DNA of 64,000 nt, taken from positions 64,001-128,000 of the forward strand of contig CAWHCF010000023.1 in the NCBI GenBank assembly GCA_963827655.1. Reading direction: 5' to 3'. Under the pieces are notes generated by a model that was not told where the DNA came from, made no database searches, and saw only the letters and a list, made by a program, of their open reading frames with translations. Position 1 is the first letter of the stretch, and every line of letters begins with the position of its first letter. The position numbers and the translations under genes are program-made. The stretch comes from an uncultured Acidobacteriota bacterium (GTDB lineage: Bacteria; Acidobacteriota; UBA6911). Positions 1 to 8,800 of the stretch are shown one piece after another.

Positions 1-64
1 CGAACGCGAGTACACGGAAGTCGCGCGTTTCGGGCAATACGAAATTACCCAACGACGGCAGTAA
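1..64 (+). CDS. 3' end of an unidentified CDS entering the window (...EREYTEVARFGQYEITQRRQ*)
   Basis: Open frame from position 2 ending in TAA at 62-64; too short to assign a function. Confidence 0.35.
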   Translation, partial: EREYTEVARFGQYEITQRRQ

Positions 65-152
65 ACGCAGATGGCGTATAGGAAATTCGGACTCTATCGG
101 ACATTCAGCCCGAGCTGATAGCTGACCGCTGATCGCTTAGCGGGGTCTACAC

Positions 153-171
153 TGCGAAATTATCACCAACC
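153..171. repeat. 19-bp direct repeat TGCGAAATTATCACCAACC, copy 1
   Basis: Exact second copy at 845-863. Confidence 0.9.
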
Positions 172-172
172 T

Positions 173-299
173 TGATCGGGACCTTCGCGATGGTGCCCGC
201 CTCGACGCTCCGCTCGATGGGCGCCCACTCCGCGCCCGCTGTAGTGCGCCGTCTTGATCCCGACGATCACGTCCTTGTGCTCGAGGCGCCATCTCGGGC
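173..299 (-). pseudogene. Diverged internal fragment of the amidohydrolase gene (homologous to ~4186-4310)
   Basis: Manual alignment over ~125 bp shows about 6 substitutions and 2 single-base insertions. Confidence 0.9.
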
Positions 300-434
300 G
301 AGACCTTAGTCTAATCAAGCGCGCGGGCCTTCTAACGTCACAATTCGCCGATCACGGTCCCCGCGTCTGCGCAAAAAACCGCTCATCGGGACGGGTCCGC
401 GAGTCTCTCGCATCCGCACAACGCGTGCGATCGT

Positions 435-463
435 TTGACAATTTCACACGTATCCGCCACCAT
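435..463 (+). promoter_or_regulatory. Possible sigma70-type promoter for the structured RNA
   Basis: TTGACA (435-440), 17-nt spacer, weak -10 CACCAT (458-463). Confidence 0.4.
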
Positions 464-496
464 GGGGCGGTCTGCACTTTGCGCCGATGTGATCTC

Positions 497-779
497 AGGC
501 AGGTGCGGCGGCTCTGGTGAGGCTTCGGCGGCCTGAGGAGCCGGGCGGATTGGGTTCCGCCGATTACGGTCACGCCTGGAAAGGAGGTGGTCCAGTGAAT
601 CTGAGTGATTACGTTTGGACGGAGGTGGCGTCCTCGTAAGGGGAACCGCCGGACACGTGGTGCTTTTGCGATATCTGGAAAGGGAACCCGATGAGGGAAC
701 CCAACGCCACCAATGCCCACGGGAAGAGGCCCGCGAAGCGAAAGCAGATCCGGGCCTCTTCTGACTACCGAACCTGCCT
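497..779 (+). ncRNA. Putative structured RNA of unrecognised family
   Basis: Closing stem 497-508/768-779 (11/12 pairs) followed by TCGTTTTT; internal helices 509-514/538-543, 544-549/556-561, 576-580/591-595, 723-733/751-761; GUAA and GAAA tetraloops. Confidence 0.6.
595..639 (+). CDS. Candidate small peptide MNLSDYVWTEVASS (14 aa)
   Basis: AGGAGG at 582-587, 7-nt spacing, GTG start, TAA stop. Confidence 0.35.
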   Translation: MNLSDYVWTEVASS

Positions 780-844
780 TCGTTTTTCAACGCTCCAGCA
801 CTTCAGTTGGACGATGACTCAGTGAGCACGCCGCGCTGAGCCTG

Positions 845-863
845 TGCGAAATTATCACCAACC
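845..863. repeat. 19-bp direct repeat, copy 2
   Basis: Identical to 153-171; preceded by GAGCCTG, which resembles an IS terminus. Confidence 0.9.
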
Positions 864-964
864 CTCGGTCACTCTGCGGCGTCTATTGTCTAGCGCATCG
901 AGAAAAGTAACCGATGCGTGTCTTCATCGAGTCTTCGCGTCTTTGTGGTTATTGGTGCTGAACC

Positions 965-3433
965 ATGCACGATTTGCGTCTCGCCTATCGCGCGCTCCGC
1001 GCGACCCCACTGGTTTCGATCGTGGCAATGCTGTCCCTGGCGCTTGGCATCGGCGCCAACACTGCCATCTTCTCCATCGTCGACAGCCTGCTCTTGCGCG
1101 CGCTCCCCGTGAAGCAGCCCGAGCGGCTCGTCCTGCTCGCCTACGAAAACGATCTTCCCACCGCCTGGACCAACCCGATCTGGGAGCAGATCCGCGACCG
1201 GCCTGATCTCTTCGACGGCGCCCTTGCGTGGTCGTCCACGCGCTTCGATCTTGCCCAGGGCGGCCAGACCGAATTCGTCGACGGCATCTGGGCCAGCGGA
1301 CGCTTCTTCGACGTGCTGGGCGTGCCGGCGATCCTCGGCCGCACCTTCACCGAGGCCGACGACCGGCGCGGCGGCGGTCCTGACGGCGCGGTCGCGGTCA
1401 TCAGCTACAACTTCTGGCAGAGCCGGTTCGGAGGCGCGGCCGACGTGATCGGCCGGTCGCTCACGGTGTCGCGCATACCGTACACGATCGTCGGTGTCGC
1501 CGGCCCCGACTTCTTCGGTCCGGACGTGGGCCGCACCTTCGACGTCGTGATCCCGCTCGGCACCGAGCCTCTGGTCCGCGGAAAAGAAAGCAGCCTGGAT
1601 CACCGGTCGAACTGGTGGTTGAGCGTGATGGCGCGGCTGAAACAGGGGCAGACAGTCGGGTCGGCAATCGCCTCGCTGCGCGCTGTGCAACCGCAGATTC
1701 GCGAGGCGACGATGCCGCAAAAATGGCGGCCGGAGCATAAGGCGAGCTACCTTAATCAGTCGCTGACCCTGAAGCCGGCAGCGACCGGCGCATCCGGGCT
1801 TCGGCGCCGCTATCAGCGGCCGCTCCTGACGATTCTGGTGGTGGTCGGGCTCGTGCTGCTCATAGCCTGCGCGAACATCGCGAACCTGCTGCTTGCCCGG
1901 GCGACCGCGCGCCGGCACGAACTGAGCGTGCGGCTTGCGCTGGGCGCCTCGCGCCTGCGGCTCGCGCGGCAACTGCTGGCCGAGAGTCTCCTGCTGTCAG
2001 GGATGGGCGCGGCGCTCGGCCTGGTCTTCGCGCAGTGGGGCAGCCGCCTGCTGGTCAGCCAGCTCTCCACGCAGACGAACTACGTGTTCCTTGACCTGTC
2101 GCTCGATGGGCGCGTGCTCGGATTCACCGCCGCGGTCGCGATCGGCACCGCGGTGCTGTTCGGCACGGCCCCGGCTTTCCAGGCCGCGCGCGTGCCGCCG
2201 ATCGAGGCCATGAAGGAGCACGGACGCGGGGTCAGCGGCGACGCTCGCGCGAGTCTCGGCAGCGCACTGGTCATCGCCCAGGTCGCCCTCTCGCTCCTGC
2301 TCGTCGTGGCAGCCGGACTCTTCATCCGCACCTTCGCCAGCCTCGCGAACCTGAACCTCGGGTTCGACCGCAACGGCGTCCTCGTCGTTACAATAAACGC
2401 TCAGCGGCTCCAGCTCGAGCCGGCGGCGCGCGCCGCGCTGTACGAGCGCGTGCGGCAGGCGGTTCTGCCTGTGCCGGGCGTCGCAAACCTGGGATTGTCC
2501 GTTATCACACCTGTGAGTGGAAGCGCGTGGAATGACCTGATCGTGCTTCCGGACGGCCCTCCGCTGGCGGAACGGGATCGCATTGCCTACTCCAACATGG
2601 TCAGCCCGGGGTGGTTCGCAACCTACGGGACGCCCATCCGTACCGGCCGTGATTTCACAGAAGCCGACCGAGCGGGCGCGCCGCGCGTGGCGATCGTCAA
2701 CGAGACCTTCGCGCGGCGCTACTTCAATGGCCAGAACCCTATCGGGCGAACGTTCAAGCTGATGGACCGTCCGGACAAGCCCGCTCCTCTGATGGAGATC
2801 GTCGGCCTGGCCGGCGACGCCGTCTATCGCTCACTGCGCGATCCGGTGCCGCCGACGATGTACTTCCCGATTCCGCAGGTGGATGAGCCGCCCTCGTCGA
2901 TGAGCCTCAGCGTGCGCGCGGCCGGCCGATCACCCGCGCTGCTGACCCGCAGCGTGGCCGCAGCCATAGGCGACGTCAATCGCGACTTGTCGCTCACCTT
3001 CCGACCCCTGGCAGATCAAGTCAACGCGGCGGTGATTCAGGAACGCCTGGTCGCGATGCTCTCCGGCTTTTTCGGGGCGCTGGCGCTGCTCCTGGCGGGA
3101 CTCGGCCTGTACGGCGTCACCTCGTACGCGGTGAGCCGCCGTCGCACGGAAATCGGCATCCGCATGGCGCTCGGCGCGGCGCCCGCCGGCGTCGTGCGCC
3201 TGGTCCTGCGGCGTGTCGCGGTCCTGGTGGGAATGGGAGTGATAGCGGGCGCCGGCGCCAGCCTGTGGGCGTCTCGATTCGTCGCGACGCTGCTGTACGG
3301 AACGCAGCCCTGGGACGTGTCAACGCTGACCGCAGCAATAGCGGTGCTCGCGGCCATCGGCGCGCTGGCCGGCTTTCTGCCGGCGCGGCGGGCGGCCAGG
3401 ATCGATCCGGCTCGAGTCTTGCGCGAGGGATGA
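965..3433 (+). CDS. ADOP-family duplicated ABC permease (MacB/FtsX-like)
   Basis: LALGIGANTAIFS, VLLIACANIANLLLAR, EIGIRMALGA and PARRAARIDP motifs; two permease halves; no adjacent ATPase. Confidence 0.95.
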   Translation: MHDLRLAYRALRATPLVSIVAMLSLALGIGANTAIFSIVDSLLLRALPVKQPERLVLLAYENDLPTAWTNPIWEQIRDRPDLFDGALAWSSTRFDLAQGGQTEFVDGIWASGRFFDVLGVPAILGRTFTEADDRRGGGPDGAVAVISYNFWQSRFGGAADVIGRSLTVSRIPYTIVGVAGPDFFGPDVGRTFDVVIPLGTEPLVRGKESSLDHRSNWWLSVMARLKQGQTVGSAIASLRAVQPQIREATMPQKWRPEHKASYLNQSLTLKPAATGASGLRRRYQRPLLTILVVVGLVLLIACANIANLLLARATARRHELSVRLALGASRLRLARQLLAESLLLSGMGAALGLVFAQWGSRLLVSQLSTQTNYVFLDLSLDGRVLGFTAAVAIGTAVLFGTAPAFQAARVPPIEAMKEHGRGVSGDARASLGSALVIAQVALSLLLVVAAGLFIRTFASLANLNLGFDRNGVLVVTINAQRLQLEPAARAALYERVRQAVLPVPGVANLGLSVITPVSGSAWNDLIVLPDGPPLAERDRIAYSNMVSPGWFATYGTPIRTGRDFTEADRAGAPRVAIVNETFARRYFNGQNPIGRTFKLMDRPDKPAPLMEIVGLAGDAVYRSLRDPVPPTMYFPIPQVDEPPSSMSLSVRAAGRSPALLTRSVAAAIGDVNRDLSLTFRPLADQVNAAVIQERLVAMLSGFFGALALLLAGLGLYGVTSYAVSRRRTEIGIRMALGAAPAGVVRLVLRRVAVLVGMGVIAGAGASLWASRFVATLLYGTQPWDVSTLTAAIAVLAAIGALAGFLPARRAARIDPARVLREG

Positions 3434-3501
3434 CTTCGTGTCCTGGTGTCCTGGTGGTATTTGTTTCGCAGCGCCAACCACAAAGACACGAAGACGCCAA
3501 G
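3434..3501. repeat. REP-like 9-mer repeat palindrome between convergent genes
   Basis: CTTCGTGTCCTGGTGTCCTGGTGGT ... ACCACAAAGACACGAAGACGCCAAG; relatives near 930, 5790, 31525, 36425, 57150 and 59225. Confidence 0.65.
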
Positions 3502-3502
3502 G

Positions 3503-4852
3503 TCAGGGCGTCCTGCGGGACCCGCCCGAACGCCCCGCGCCTCGGGTCCCATCCCAGCGGGGATCACCGGACGTGGTATAGTCCGGCGGCAGCGTGTTCC
3601 AGTCGGGCCGGCCCAGGCCATTGAAGTCGTAGACCACCTTTCCGTTGCGCAGCGTCATCTCGCAGGTCAGCCGCTGGTTGCCTCGCAGGCGGGCGCCGTG
3701 CATGTCGAGGTAGCCGAAGCTACCCTTCTCCAGCCGCAGCACCGCCACGTCGGCCGGCGACCCGACCGAGAGGTTGCCGAGTTCCTCGCGCTGGATCTCC
3801 CGCGCCGGGTTCCAGGTCGAGCGCGCGATGATGTCATCGACCGACAGCCCCAGGGCCAGAAACTTGCTCATCACGTTCAGCATGTCCTTCATGCCGGCGT
3901 TCATGCTTCCCGTGTGCAGATCGGTCGAGATGGAATCGGGAAGGAAGCCTTCCTTGATGGCCGGCACCGCAACGCGCCAGACGAAGCTGCCGCCGCCATG
4001 CCCGACGTCGAAGATCACGCCGCGCTTGCGTCCCTCGTAGAGCGCGGGGTTCAGGCGGCCGGTCGAGGCGTCGAGCTCCGCCCGCAGTCCGGAGTACACG
4101 TGCGTGTAGATGTCGCCTTTTCGCAGCTTCCGTGTGACCGCCTCGGCCATCGAGCGCTCGGCCGATGCCCGGCCAAAATCGACCATGATCGGGATCTTTG
4201 CGATGGTTCCCGCCTCGACGCTCCGCTCGATAGGCGCCCACTCCGGCCCGCTGTAGTGCGCCGTCTTGATCCCGACGATCACGTCCTTGTGCTTGAGCGC
4301 CATCTCGGCCGACGGCTTCGCCTCCATGTCGGCGAGATCCTGCTCGTACTTCCCGCCGCGCATCCCGTGGCCGACGATGTTCAGGAACGCCAGTACGCGC
4401 GTCCGCGACCGGTCGATGATCCGGTCCTTGAAATCCGGGAAGTTGCGCCACCCCGAGCTGCCGGCGTCCACCACGGTCGTGACGCCCGACCGGAACGTGA
4501 ATCCGTCCGGGTAGACGCTGTTGTCGCCCGCGTAGGAACCTCTCTCGCCCGTCCCGGCGTAGACGTGAACGTGGATATCGATGAGTCCCGGGGTGATGTA
4601 AAGGCCGGAAACGTCGATGACCTTGAACGCGCGGGACGGCTCGATCTTGGACTCGACCGCCGCGATCTTGCCGTCCTGAATGGCGACGTCGCGCACGGCG
4701 CTGATTTTGTTTTTGGCATCGATCACGTGGCCTCCGCGCAACAGCAGGTCATACTGCGCCTGCTGTGCCGGCGCCACGGCCGACAAAAGTATCGTCAGGA
4801 ACAGCGCCGCGAGCGGTAACGCCGGGCGCCTGAAACTCTGTTTGCTTGTCAT
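3503..4852 (-). CDS. Amidohydrolase/deacetylase family metallohydrolase (dihydroorotase-like) with signal peptide
   Basis: PGLIDIHVH, VGIK, FDVGHGGGSF and ISTDLH motifs. Confidence 0.9.
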   Translation of the reverse strand: MTSKQSFRRPALPLAALFLTILLSAVAPAQQAQYDLLLRGGHVIDAKNKISAVRDVAIQDGKIAAVESKIEPSRAFKVIDVSGLYITPGLIDIHVHVYAGTGERGSYAGDNSVYPDGFTFRSGVTTVVDAGSSGWRNFPDFKDRIIDRSRTRVLAFLNIVGHGMRGGKYEQDLADMEAKPSAEMALKHKDVIVGIKTAHYSGPEWAPIERSVEAGTIAKIPIMVDFGRASAERSMAEAVTRKLRKGDIYTHVYSGLRAELDASTGRLNPALYEGRKRGVIFDVGHGGGSFVWRVAVPAIKEGFLPDSISTDLHTGSMNAGMKDMLNVMSKFLALGLSVDDIIARSTWNPAREIQREELGNLSVGSPADVAVLRLEKGSFGYLDMHGARLRGNQRLTCEMTLRNGKVVYDFNGLGRPDWNTLPPDYTTSGDPRWDGTRGAGRSGGSRRTP

Positions 4853-5735
4853 TTGGGGTTGCCCTGCCTTTTCTTGATGTATTCCTCGAGCTCCTTGGCC
4901 AGCGCCGGGTCGCGCGGCCGGCCATAGATCTCGCTCGACTTGTATTTACGCGTGTCAAACTTCTGCTTCATCCATTCGTCGCGAATCTGAGTGCTTTCGG
5001 CCGCCTTGACCACCTCCTCGGCTAGCTGGGGCGGGATGAACAGAAGCCCGTGCCCGTCGCCCAGCACCACGTCCCCAGGCATGACCGTGGCCTCCCCTAC
5101 CCGAATCGGCACATTGATGCCCGTCAGCATCACGTTGCCGAGCGAGGACGGGTGCGTGCCGCGATAGTAGGCGGGCATCCCGCTCTTTTCGATGTTGGGC
5201 AGCCAGAACATCGCGCCGTCGACGACGAGGCCCGTGCCGGTCGTCCTCCAGATGTAGTGCGCCAGCTTGTCGCCGACGAAGGTCCCGCTCTCGATCTTGC
5301 CATAGAGGTCGACGACCGCTACGTCGCCGGCTCCAGCATATCGATGACCGTCTGGTTCCGGAGCGCCGGTTGATTCTTCGCCTTCCTTGCGGCCTCCATC
5401 GCCTCGGCGACATCAGCCCGCACGGGCATGAACTGCACGGTGACGGCCCGGCCGACAAGCTTCGTCCCTGAATTCAGGACCTTCCAGTCCCCCTCGTACT
5501 GGTTGGGAAAGCCCTTGCCGCGCAGCAGCCCCCAGCCCTCTTCGATCAGCACGTTTTTGAGCTTCTCGATGACGGCGTCCGGCACCTTCGGCCGGCCGTC
5601 CGGAAAACGCTCGTAAGGGCTCTTGGTCGTGTACTCCATCATTTGCTCGCGAGTGAAGGTGAAGACCTGGGCCCGCCCGAGCTCCGCTCCCAGGAAGAGA
5701 ATCACCACCATCGTCCATAAGCTGCGCGCGTCCAT
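4849..5735 (-). CDS. RraA/HMG-aldolase family protein with signal peptide (frameshift ~5328)
   Basis: LVGRAVTVQFMP and VMPGDVVLGDGHGLLFIP; adding one base joins the two ORFs as LEPGDVAVVDLYGKIESGTFVGD; GGAGG SD. Confidence 0.8.
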
Positions 5736-5831
5736 GCTTGCCTCCAACGATCGGCTTTACCTGAATATGTGCCCCGCATTATACGTGCTTTGTGTCTTCG
5801 CGTCCTAGTGGCGGTTTTGTTTTTACGGTGT

Positions 5832-5861
5832 TTGACAAGGCTTCCGCCCCGGGACTAGACT
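5832..5861 (+). promoter_or_regulatory. Sigma70-like promoter of the TonB receptor gene
   Basis: TTGACA-18 nt-TAGACT; SD AGGAGGA at 5878-5884. Confidence 0.55.
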
Positions 5862-5891
5862 CGCTCCACTCCGTCGAAGGAGGACAATCCG

Positions 5892-8800
5892 ATGAAACTC
5901 ACCAGCGTGCTCCTGGCATGCGCCTGCATTCTTCTCTATTCCATTGCGCTGCCGGCCCAGAGTGCCACGGGACAGATCAGCGGGACGGTCTTCGATCCCA
6001 GCGGCGCCCTGATTCCGGGTGCTTCGATTAAAGTGACCAGTGTCGGAACGGGCGTGACGCGCGAGGCCGCGGCCGGCGTCAATGGCACCTTCGTGGTTCC
6101 CTCCCTCCCGGCCGGCATGTACATCGTGCAGGTCGAAATGCCGGGCTTCCGGACCTACGTCGTGCAGAACGTCGAGGTCACGGTCGGCGCCGACTACTCG
6201 CTGCGCGTCGTCATGGAGACGGGATCGGTCGACTCCACCATCACGGTGACCGCAAGCGCGGTGCAGGTCCAGACCTCCGAGGCCTCCGTGTCGAACCTGG
6301 TCGACGAGAAGACCCTGGTGACGCTGCCGCTGAACCGGCGCAACCCGCTCCACCTGCTGAGCCTGATCCCGGGCGTCGTCGGCCACAGCGCCGAGGCGAC
6401 CACCGCGACCGGCACCGTGACCCACTACGTCAACGGAGACCGCGGGCGCGGCGTCCTGACCACGCTCGACGGCATCGATATCTCGGACCCGATCATCCCG
6501 CGCGGCGAGCTGACCAACGCGCCGGTGAACCCCGACATGGTCCAGGAGTTTCGCGTCACGACGGCGCTGGCGCGCGCCGAATACGGGCGCAACAGCGGCG
6601 CCCAGATCGAAATGATCACCAAGAGCGGGACCAACGAGCTGCACGGCAACGCCTACGAGTTTTTGCGCAACACGGCGCTGGACGCCAACAGCTTCTTCAA
6701 CAACCACCTCCCCGACCCGATCACGAGATCCGCGCCGATCCCGCGCGAGCTCCTGCAGCAGAACCAGTTTGGCGCCGCCGTGGGAGGTCCGATCATCAAG
6801 AACAAGATGTTCTACTTCTTCAACTACGAGGGGATAAGGCGGAAGCAGGCCTTTCTGACCTCGAGCACGGTCTTCACTCCTGCGGCGCGCCAGGGAATCT
6901 TCCGTTTCGTGCGCGGAAACATAACGCTATCGGACGGCCGCGTCTTCAACCGGCTCAACCCGGCCCTGGTCGATCCGGGAAGCGGCTCGGTCCGCGGCGA
7001 CGTCCCCCTTTGCGGCGGCTCGGTCGCGACCGATTGCCTCGACACCTACAACATCGTCGCCAGCGACCCGCGCCGGTTGGGCCTCGATCCCGTCATGCAG
7101 CAACTGATCAATCTTTATCCGGCGCCGAACGACTACACCACCGGCGACGGCCTCAACACGGCCTTCTTCCGCTGGAACTCGCCCAGCGAGGCGCCGGCGG
7201 ACGTCTACGCCGGGAAAGTGGATTACATCTTCAACTCGCGCTACGAGATGTTCGCGCGTTACAACCTGGCCTGGCGCAACGATCTCATCGGGGACTTCAT
7301 CAACGACGCGCTCGGCCGCACGCCGCGAACCGTGCCGGCGCGCTCGCGGCTCTCGCGCAACCAGGGGGCCGCGGCCGGTTTCAAGATGATCTGGTCGCCG
7401 AGCCTGCTCAACGATCTGCGCTTCGGCTTCACGCGCACTTCGCTGCAGTTTGTCGACACCACGCATCCAATCCGATCCGGAGCCGATGACTTCGGCAAGG
7501 TCCCGGAACTGCGCACGACGGCGATGAACACGCCGTTCGTCTACTGGGGAGGCACGTTCCGCTACCCCGAGCACTTCCAGCTGCGCGACGGCATCAGCTG
7601 GCAGCGGGGACCGCACGCGCTCCGCTTCGGCGGCGACCTCCGGTTCTATCGCTTCAACAACCGGCGTGACGTCGGTTCGAACCCGCAAGGAAGCGGCATC
7701 AGCGTGTTTCCCAGCGTCCGGTTCACCGAAGGCGTGGTGCCGTTTACCGGCACGACGCCGCTCAACGTTGTACCCAACGCGACCGACCGCACCACGCTGG
7801 AACGCATGTACAACGAGCTCCTCGGGATTGCGGCCCAGGTGGACCAGATCATGTACAGCGACGGAAGCCAGTACGCTCCCGGCAACGGTCTGATCATGTA
7901 CCAGCGCCAGCGCGAATACTCCCTCTACTTCCAGGACGACTGGCGCCTGCATCGACGCTTCACGCTGAACCTGGGGCTGCGCTACGAGCTGTTCGGCGTT
8001 CCATACGATGATGGCGGGCTGCAGGTCGTCCCCGACAAGCCGCTCCAGCAGGGTCCCGTCACCTTTCTGAAGGCCGGGCCGGGAACGGGCCGGCAGTGGT
8101 ACGGCTCCGACACCAATGACCTGGCGCCGGCCCTCGGCTTTGCCTGGGACTTCATGGGCGACGGACGCACGGCGCTGCGCGGAGGCTACCGCATCAACTA
8201 CAACCGGCTGGTCGCGTGGGCCCTGAACGTCGTCGAGCAGCGCCAGCCTGCGATCGGACTCGACCCGCAGATCCGCGGCGAGTGCCGAGATCCGAATACC
8301 GGCGCTTTCGGCGCCTGCGGCGGCGCCTTCTCAGACCCGCTGCGGCTGCCCGAGATCGCGCAACACCCGCGCGTGGTAGTCAACGACGGACTCCCGAGCC
8401 TCCGGTCGCCGGTGCCGAACCAGATCAACGCGACCCCGCCGGACACGCGCCGCGAGTCTCCCTTCTTCTTCGCCGACGACTTCCGCTCGGCCAAGGTGCA
8501 CCAGTTCTCGCTCTCGCTACAGCGCGAGCTGGCGGCCAATACGGTGCTCGAAGTCGGCTACATCGGAAGCCGCGGGCTCGGCCTGTTCCGTTTCCTGAAC
8601 GTGGACGACATTGAAATCCGTTCCAATGGCTTCCTCCAGGAGTTCGTCAACGCCAGGAAAAACCTGGAAGTGTGCCGCGCCAACCCGGCCGCCTGCCGGA
8701 CCGCCGCCGGGAGCACGTCTGCCACCTTCGCGAGCTTCGCGGACCTCGGCCTGCCGGGTCAGGTTCCGGTGCCGATCTTCACCTCCCTCTTCTCGGCGAC

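Noticed and set aside
579-600. 16S rRNA gene fragment on the minus strand
   Set aside because: Similarity is limited to 16-17 nt; the flanks do not continue into helix 45/44 sequence.
497-779. Type I toxin mRNA or tmRNA
   Set aside because: The peptide is not hydrophobic; no tRNA-like acceptor/T-arm or Ala-Ala tag ending.
254-790. Track ORFs 254..520, 352..720 and 383..790
   Set aside because: No motifs or SD; low-complexity Arg/Pro/Ser translations; better explained by RNA structure.
173-4310. Diversity-generating retroelement TR/VR pair (four differences fall at coding-strand adenines)
   Set aside because: No reverse transcriptase in the window; non-A changes and indels are also present; half the changes are synonymous; the 'template' would lie inside an enzyme gene.
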